Below the pieces are notes generated by a model. It made no database searches. It saw only the letters and a list, made by a program, of their open reading frames with translations, and was not told the origin of the DNA. A DNA stretch of 13,159 nt from a bacterium. Its GTDB lineage: Bacteria; SZUA-182; DTGQ01; JAFGSM01. How positions within the stretch are numbered: the first letter of the stretch is position 1; every line of letters begins with the position of its first letter. The stretch spans positions 1-13,159 of the forward strand of contig JBLIRP010000096.1 in the NCBI GenBank assembly GCA_049472355.1, written 5' to 3'. Shown piece by piece: positions 6,399-13,159 of this stretch. The position numbers were made by a program, and so were the translations under genes.

Positions 6399-6544
6399 CC
6401 ATCACTGACTACCACATGGCATTGTGCATACGTGCAAAGAATTCGATCCCGAGTCGTCGCACAAGAATTTGTGTGGTGTAAGAACTTTAGGAGTTTGCTG
6501 CCTGGATGATGTGGATTGCGCAGGTCTCGAACACGAACATCCTC

Positions 6545-6587
6545 ACTATAGCATTACCGTCGTCTGCCTGTCAATGCATATATGCAT
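6545..6587 (-). promoter_or_regulatory. Sigma70-type promoter for the CBM48-like gene with an adjacent palindrome
   Basis: Minus strand TTGACA (6574-6569)-N18-TATAGT (6550-6545) with a TGn extension. The perfect 14-bp palindrome ATGCATATATGCAT (6574-6587) abuts the -35. Confidence 0.65.
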
Positions 6588-6616
6588 GAAAAGACAATCT
6601 GTAATTTCATGTCTTG

Positions 6617-8017
6617 CTACTGATGCTTGGCCATGATGTCCCGTGCAGCAACCACGCCCGAGCAGGAGGCCTGGACAAGCCCCCTGCTCACCCCGGCTCC
6701 GTCGCCCACCGTGTAGAGGGAGGGAATCCTGGTCTCGAACGCGGGTGTAAGCTCGAGCCGCATGGAGTAGAACTTCACCTCAACCCCGTAGAGCAGGGTG
6801 TGGGGGGAGCCCACCCCCGGCATCAGCCAGTCGAGGGTCTCGAGCATCTCCAGGAGGTTGGTGAGGAACCGGTAGGGGAGCACCAGGGAGAGGTCTCCCG
6901 GGGTGGTGTCACACAGGGTGGGCACCACCGCCCCCTGGCCGATGCGCTCCTGGGTGGATCGTCTCCCGCGCTTCAGATCCCCCAGGCGCTGGACGATAAT
7001 CCCATCGCCAAGGAGATTGGCGAGCTCGGCGATCCGCTTGCCGTAGGTGATGGGCTCGGAAAAGGGCTCGGTGAAGGTCATTTTCACCAGAAGGGCGAAG
7101 TTCGTGTTCTCGGTCTTGGTCTTGCGGAAGCTGTGACCGTTCACGGTGAACAGCCCGTTGTAGTTCTCCCTGACCACCTCCCCGTGCGGACACATGCAGA
7201 AGGTGCGCACCGCATCCCTGAAGTACCGGGTCCGGTAGATAAGCTTCGATTCAAAGAGCACATCGGTGACCGCATCGGTGACCGTCGCAGGCACCTCAAC
7301 CCGCACACCGATGTCCACCGGGTTGATCCGCTGCCGAAGACCAAGCCTGTGGGATTCCTCGGAAAGCCAGCTCGAGCCCTCCCTGCCCACGGCGATGATC
7401 ACCGTGCCCGCGCGCACCTCCTCGTCATCGGAAAGCCGTACCCCTGCGGCCCGGCCCTCCTCCACGATGATCTGCCGCACCTCGGTTCGGAAGCGTATGG
7501 TTACCTTTTCGGAAAGCTCCCGGTAGAGCCCCTTGAGCACCAGGGAGCAGTTCTCGGTGCCCAGGTGACGGATGGGGTAGGTGAGAAGCTCCATGCCCGC
7601 AGCCTCTGCCTGTTCCTTCAACGCATCCGTCTTCTTCTCGTCCTGGCCGAAGACCTGCCGGGGGGCGCCGTGGGCAAGGTAGATGCCGTCGACGTAAGCG
7701 ATCAGCTCCTTCAGGGCGTTCTCCTCGATGTACTCGTTCAGGTAGCCTCCCACCAGGGAGGTGAGGTTCAGCTTCCCGTCGCTGTACGCCCCCGCTCCCC
7801 CCCACCCGCACAGGATGGCGCACCGGGGGCACTCGATGCACCCCTGTCCGTTCTGGCGATTCGGACATTGGCGATTCTCCAGGGGTTGACCCTTGTCCAC
7901 AAGGAGCACCTTCAGGCCGCCTTTAAGGGCAAGCTCCCGCGCCGCAAAGATCCCCGCAGACCCGCTCCCCACGATGATGACGTCGTATTTTTCCCCAGCG
8001 TTCTTTGACATTCCCAT
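6617..8017 (-). CDS. NAD(P)/FAD-dependent oxidoreductase (COG2509-like)
   Basis: 466 aa with Rossmann motif DVIIVGSGSAG, Cys cluster CPx8CxxCxxC, GWGGAGAYSDGKL, DIGVRVE, VRTFCMCPHG, LYGVEVKFYS and C-terminal GDGAGVSRGLVQA. The start could be 8011. Confidence 0.92.
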   Translation of the reverse strand: MGMSKNAGEKYDVIIVGSGSAGIFAARELALKGGLKVLLVDKGQPLENRQCPNRQNGQGCIECPRCAILCGWGGAGAYSDGKLNLTSLVGGYLNEYIEENALKELIAYVDGIYLAHGAPRQVFGQDEKKTDALKEQAEAAGMELLTYPIRHLGTENCSLVLKGLYRELSEKVTIRFRTEVRQIIVEEGRAAGVRLSDDEEVRAGTVIIAVGREGSSWLSEESHRLGLRQRINPVDIGVRVEVPATVTDAVTDVLFESKLIYRTRYFRDAVRTFCMCPHGEVVRENYNGLFTVNGHSFRKTKTENTNFALLVKMTFTEPFSEPITYGKRIAELANLLGDGIIVQRLGDLKRGRRSTQERIGQGAVVPTLCDTTPGDLSLVLPYRFLTNLLEMLETLDWLMPGVGSPHTLLYGVEVKFYSMRLELTPAFETRIPSLYTVGDGAGVSRGLVQASCSGVVAARDIMAKHQ

Positions 8018-8246
8018 GATTGTTTGTGTGAAGATTGCCTATGGAAGGTCTCTCGCCATTATAATCCTTCGCATGGTTGCACGCCACCCATATCTATTGT
8101 ATCGGCTGAAGCGCAGGATTTGAATAACACCGGATTAAAAATGGTGAATAGAGCGAATGACGTGAAGAAAGGCGGTACATTTCAATGAGGGATAGTCCCT
8201 TGATTCCCTGATTATGATAACGCCCCGGTTCCCAATCCCATTTAGT

Positions 8247-8879
8247 TTAAGGTATACGATCGAGCCAAAGATCTCCGTGTAGTGTATATACGAAATGTCT
8301 TCCATCGGGGGCGAAATCAAGCTGGGTATATGTTCCTTCCGCAAATTTCCTGACTATATTTCCTTCCAGGTCAATGAGCCAGGATTCCGTCCAAGAACGT
8401 TCATTATCCAATGTCCGCTCACGTGCAATCATGAGCAGGTTCCTATTCGGAACCCATCGAGCCAATCGTGCTTCATCCATAAGCTTTATGGGTTGGAACG
8501 AATGTGCCTGGGTAATATACACGGCATCCTGGAAGGCGGCATTTTGGACCGAAAAGGCAATATATCTCCCGTCGCTTGAGTACGAGGGATTTTCCTCATG
8601 TTCAGGCGTTGTTGAAAGTTGTGTTTTCTCATTTTCGCTTATTGAATATTCCCATAGGTCATGGTTCTTGGAGTATATCAATCCATCGGAGTCGTTTTTC
8701 CAGGCAACATCATAATAAAATATGCCTTCATCAATACATATATGTTCTGAGTAGTCACTATTTGAAATATAGAGCCTGCTTACCGGCCCTTGACTAAGGT
8801 CAAGGTCTGAATCATGAACAAGAAATGCTATTTTTGAGCCGTCAAATGAATATGATTGAAAGTGAATCCTGTCATGCAT
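8247..8879 (-). CDS. TolB-like/PD40 beta-propeller protein; probably the C-terminal part of a disrupted gene
   Basis: Repeats YSFDGSKIAF, AWKNDSDGLIY, PSYSSDGRYIAF, RWVPNRNLLMI and DFAPDGRHFVY. The frame stays open upstream to ~8930 (RLKNLDGNISEW) and ATG 8879 has no clear SD. Confidence 0.8.
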   Translation of the reverse strand: MHDRIHFQSYSFDGSKIAFLVHDSDLDLSQGPVSRLYISNSDYSEHICIDEGIFYYDVAWKNDSDGLIYSKNHDLWEYSISENEKTQLSTTPEHEENPSYSSDGRYIAFSVQNAAFQDAVYITQAHSFQPIKLMDEARLARWVPNRNLLMIARERTLDNERSWTESWLIDLEGNIVRKFAEGTYTQLDFAPDGRHFVYTLHGDLWLDRIP

Positions 8880-8914
8880 TGAAGGCCACTCTGATATATT
8901 GCCATCGAGGTTTT

Positions 8915-9189
8915 TTAACCGGTTACAGGATTATAGGGGACGCCGTTGGTCCAACCCCCGAACAAATTATAGAGAGGATTATAATTGAATCCAAGTCCAA
9001 GATAGCCACCATAAGGTGAGCCGGGATATATACCCGAGGGATACGCACCCGGAGTTGATGGACTCATGGGAGGATAAAGACCTATGGAGCCATTTGCCAC
9101 TTTTAAGGATAGGAAACAAAAAGGAGAATCGTTATTATTGTTATTACAATAGGCAGTGTCTTGTATCCCTGTGTCTTGAACCTTCCCAT
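8915..9189 (-). pseudogene. Frameshifted N-terminal part of a secreted protein (signal peptide plus G/Y/P-rich segment)
   Basis: ATG 9189, after GAAGGGA, gives MGRFKTQGYKTLPIVITIITILLF. One extra base in the 5-nt homopolymer at 9118-9122 would join it to CFLSLKVANG-SIGLYPPMSPSTPGAYPSGIYPGSPYGGY...YNPVTG, forming a well-shaped signal peptide. Confidence 0.6.
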
Positions 9190-9219
9190 AACGCTTTCCC
9201 TTCTGCTTTAATGTTTGGA

Positions 9220-9265
9220 CTTAAATTTGATGGCGCAGCTTTTTTGCAAGGCCATCAAATTTAAG
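9220..9265. repeat. Palindromic MITE/REP-like element
   Basis: 15-bp perfect inverted repeat CTTAAATTTGATGGC (9220-9234) / GCCATCAAATTTAAG (9251-9265) around a 16-nt core, with TTAA at both ends. Confidence 0.7.
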
Positions 9266-9406
9266 GTCTGTACTTAAATTTTTAAATGGGGTATCTGCTT
9301 GTTAATCTTATCTTCTCCCTGTCCATGGCCTCCCCTTTTCTTAAAGGTGAAGGCCGTATGAACCTCACATACTTCATTTATATGAAATCCCTTTTGAATA
9401 TTTGTT

Positions 9407-9435
9407 TTGACAAAGATTTGGATTCCGCCTATACT
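9407..9435 (+). promoter_or_regulatory. Sigma70 promoter of the toxin-antitoxin operon
   Basis: TTGACA (9407-9412)-N17-TATACT (9430-9435), with AT-rich upstream DNA. Confidence 0.75.
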
Positions 9436-9520
9436 TTTTTTAGAAAAGCAAATTCCTTAACAGATGTCTATGAGTGGAACCTTTATGTAACCAGATGGTT
9501 CATCTAAGGGGGAATAATCG

Positions 9521-9979
9521 TTGAGGATGATGAAAAAACCTCGTATCTATTTGGACAACTGTTGTTTTAATCGCCCATATGATGACCAGTTATATGAAAC
9601 AATCAGGCTTGAAACAGAAGCAAAGCTTTATATACAGGACTCTATTAAAAACGGAAAACTGGAACTTACATGGTCCTTTATGCTGGATTTCGAAAATTCA
9701 ATGAATCCTTATGAGGAACAGAAGGACATTATTCAAGAATGGAAAAAGACCTCTTTTATATATGTCGCAGCAGATGAATCGATCAGAAATAATGCCAAAA
9801 AGATTGCCGGATCTTCAGGCATAAAGCCTAAAGATGCACTTCATCTATCATGTGCTCTGCATGCAAAATGCGATTATTTTTTAACAACAGATAAGTCTTT
9901 TCAAAAAAAGGTATTGTCTTTAAAAGATATTTCCGTTTTGAATCCCATTAATTTTATTATTGTTTGGGAGGAAAGATGA
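9521..9979 (+). CDS. PIN-domain (VapC-like) ribonuclease toxin
   Basis: IYLDNCCFNRPYDDQ, LDFEN, KPKDALHLSCA and FLTTDK supply the PIN acidic residues. The start is TTG 9521 (after AAGGGGG) or ATG 9527/9530. Confidence 0.9.
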   Translation: MRMMKKPRIYLDNCCFNRPYDDQLYETIRLETEAKLYIQDSIKNGKLELTWSFMLDFENSMNPYEEQKDIIQEWKKTSFIYVAADESIRNNAKKIAGSSGIKPKDALHLSCALHAKCDYFLTTDKSFQKKVLSLKDISVLNPINFIIVWEER

Positions 9980-10176
9980 AAACAGATACTATGATACGTA
10001 TCGAAGGCATGAAAGCCCTTCGTGAAAAGCTCGGCCTTGTCGAGACAGAAAGATTCATAAGCCTTATCCGTAGAGAAAATTTTGATTACACGGAATGGCA
10101 GCGCGATTTATGGAAGGATAAATGCATTGACGATATTTTTAATGCTGCCAAATCCTTTACTAAAGAAGGTAAATAA
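9976..10176 (+). CDS. Small putative antitoxin partner of the PIN protein, 66 aa
   Basis: MKTDTMIRIEGMKALREKLGLVETERFISLIRRENFDYTEWQRDLW...; SD GGAGG at 9967-9971; ATGA overlap with the PIN stop codon. Confidence 0.8.
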   Translation: MKTDTMIRIEGMKALREKLGLVETERFISLIRRENFDYTEWQRDLWKDKCIDDIFNAAKSFTKEGK

Positions 10177-10570
10177 AAATATTTCAGATACGTATAGAAG
10201 ATTAAGAACATGTTGAGATCCTCATGTTTTATGGTAGTGGCTGTTCTATTTCAGTGAGGGTATCTTGATCACCCATTCTTGCCGTCTCTGACAAACATAA
10301 ATCCCCTCAATGTGAAAACGGAAAATCACAGAAACGATCGCATGGATTGACTTAATACGAAACATTCATGAATCATTTGATTCACAAGGGATTACGAAAA
10401 TACCCGGAGGGAATTTTCAGGAGAAATATTTGGTGAACTGTTCATAAGAACGCGGCAATGCCTTGAGCAGGGGATGCCGCTGAATGTATGCCGATTGCCA
10501 ATGATTTTAACCGTCTTGCGTTATTTGCATTATATTGGTCTCGATGCCAGGGTACGCTGAGGAGGAGAAC

Positions 10571-11755
10571 ATGGGATCGATCGTTCTGAAACCGGGGCGT
10601 GAAAAATCAGTGCTTCGCAGGCACCCTTGGATATTCTCCGGCGCCATCAGGGATGTGCAGGAAGAGCCCGGACCCGGAGAGACCGTTCAGCTCTTTGATT
10701 CCAGGGGGAATCTCCTGGGATTGGGTGCATATTCCCCGTGTTCGCAGATCATGGTCAGGATATGGACATTCGGCCCGGATGATACCGTGTCCGCGTCCTT
10801 TTTTGCGGCCCGCCTGCAGCGCGCGGTCTCGTCAAGGGGGGACCTCGCCTCGGCAGCAAATGCCGCATTCCGGCTGGTGAACGCGGAATCGGACGGCCTG
10901 CCCGGGGTGATCGTGGACCGGTATGCAGGCTTCCTCGTATGCCAGTTTCTGACTGCGGGTGCGGAATACTGGAAACGAACCATTGCCGGTCTTCTTGAGG
11001 ATATGTTCCCCGGCCTTTCCGTATACGAGCGCTCCGATGTCGAGGTGCGCGAAAAGGAGGGTTTGCCGCAGTGCGCCGGTGTGCTTTCGGGCAGCGAGCC
11101 GCCCGATTGTGTGGAGATCGAGGAGGGCCCCTATCGATTTTTAGTGGATATAAAGCACGGGCACAAGACAGGCTTCTATCTCGACCAGAGGGAAAACCGC
11201 GCCCTTGTCCCGGGGTATGTTCAGGGCGGAACGGTGCTCAACTGCTTCGCATACACGGGCGGGTTCGGCGTGGCTGCCCTGAAGGGGGGCGCAGCAAGCA
11301 TTACGAACGTGGAATCCTCGCCTGCTGCACTGTCGCTCGCAGCACGAAATTTCGATCTCAATGGGCTGGACACGGGGCGGGTCGAGAACGTGGAGGGGGA
11401 CGTATTCACCTTTTTGCGTCTTTGCCGCGACAGCAGGCGTGAATTCGATGCGGTCATCCTCGATCCACCCCGGTTCGCGGCCTCCCGCGGCCAGATACCC
11501 GGCGCCTGTCGCGGGTACAAGGATATCAACCTGCTCTCCTTTAAATTGATCAGGCGGGGGGGCGTGCTCATCACCTTCTCCTGCTCCGGACTCGTCGAAC
11601 GAACCCTGTTCGAGAAGATCGTGGCCGATGCCGTGCTTGAGGCACGGCGGGAGGCCCAGATCATTCGAAGGCTCGGTCAGGCTGCGGATCATCCCACGGC
11701 GCTGAACTTCCCCGAAGGCACCTACCTCAAGGGGCTTGTGTGCAAGGTGTGGTGA
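10571..11755 (+). CDS. rlmI: 23S rRNA m5C1962 methyltransferase RlmI (PUA + class I SAM-MTase)
   Basis: LKPGREKSVLRRHPWIFSGAI, RLVNAESDGLPG, GHKTGFYLDQRENR, VLNCFAYTGGF, VILDPP, TFSCSG and PEGTYLKG. The SD GAGGAGGAG supports ATG 10571 over 10535. Confidence 0.93.
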   Translation: MGSIVLKPGREKSVLRRHPWIFSGAIRDVQEEPGPGETVQLFDSRGNLLGLGAYSPCSQIMVRIWTFGPDDTVSASFFAARLQRAVSSRGDLASAANAAFRLVNAESDGLPGVIVDRYAGFLVCQFLTAGAEYWKRTIAGLLEDMFPGLSVYERSDVEVREKEGLPQCAGVLSGSEPPDCVEIEEGPYRFLVDIKHGHKTGFYLDQRENRALVPGYVQGGTVLNCFAYTGGFGVAALKGGAASITNVESSPAALSLAARNFDLNGLDTGRVENVEGDVFTFLRLCRDSRREFDAVILDPPRFAASRGQIPGACRGYKDINLLSFKLIRRGGVLITFSCSGLVERTLFEKIVADAVLEARREAQIIRRLGQAADHPTALNFPEGTYLKGLVCKVW

Positions 11756-11782
11756 AAAATGGTAACCGCTCAACATATTTTA

Positions 11783-11815
11783 GTAGCTGCGCTGTGCTCC
11801 GCCTGACGAGGTTTT
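11783..11815 (-). repeat. Dispersed copy of the REP-like repeat seen at 5455-5592
   Basis: Reverse complement reads AAAACCTCGTCAGGCGGAGCACAGCGCAGCTAC, aligning with GTCAGGCGGGGCCCGGCGGAGCAC (5456-5479) and AAACTTTGTCAGGCGGAGC (5485-5503). Confidence 0.65.
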
Positions 11816-11860
11816 TAAAGGCATATTTGCAGGGCTTTTCTATACGATATTGAGAAGTTT

Positions 11861-11896
11861 AAAAAAATGCCCCCCGTGACGAACACGGGGGGCATT
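11861..11896 (-). terminator. Rho-independent terminator of groEL
   Basis: 13-bp stem AATGCCCCCCGTG / CACGGGGGGCATT with a 5-nt loop and a U7 tract on the minus strand, 23 nt after the groEL stop. Confidence 0.92.
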
Positions 11897-11919
11897 CCTG
11901 AATACGTTGCTGTATGCTG

Positions 11920-13159
<1,240 letters not shown>

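Noticed and set aside
6614..8008. 464-aa plus-strand ORF
   Set aside because: Codon-register antisense shadow of the GC-rich oxidoreductase; no motifs.
9286..9507. 73-aa ORF upstream of the PIN gene as an antitoxin
   Set aside because: It spans the consensus promoter, has no RBS or DNA-binding motif, and the downstream 66-aa gene is the better partner.
10180..10530. Possible gene remnants between the TA pair and rlmI
   Set aside because: The frames I translated gave only short peptides with no recognisable family.

Overview
Bacterial chromosomal window; gene style suggests an anaerobic deltaproteobacterium-like organism (inference only). From left to right it holds: (1) a >1215-codon minus-strand sensor histidine kinase (PAS-GAF-5xPAS-HisKA-HATPase) that runs off the left edge and is absent from the ORF track; (2) a 350-bp stretch of three fused gene fragments (IS110-like transposase, DUF4351/Rpn-like C-terminus, RelE/YafQ-like toxin); (3) an endonuclease/exonuclease/phosphatase gene; (4) a ~530-bp repeat-, GGA- and hairpin-rich non-coding stretch that may be an sRNA; (5) a small glycogen-binding (CBM48-like) protein gene with a strong promoter and ~240-nt leader; (6) a COG2509-type FAD oxidoreductase; (7) an AT-rich islet with a twice-frameshifted secreted TolB-like propeller gene, a palindromic MITE/REP-like element and a toxin-first PIN toxin-antitoxin pair; (8) rlmI; (9) the 3' three-quarters of groEL with its terminator. 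No complete novel multi-gene system can be proven from sequence alone. The best leads are the non-coding region 5450-5980, the fragment mosaic at 3875-4223 and a uORF coupled to the kinase. All family assignments come from motif recognition by eye; no searches were run.
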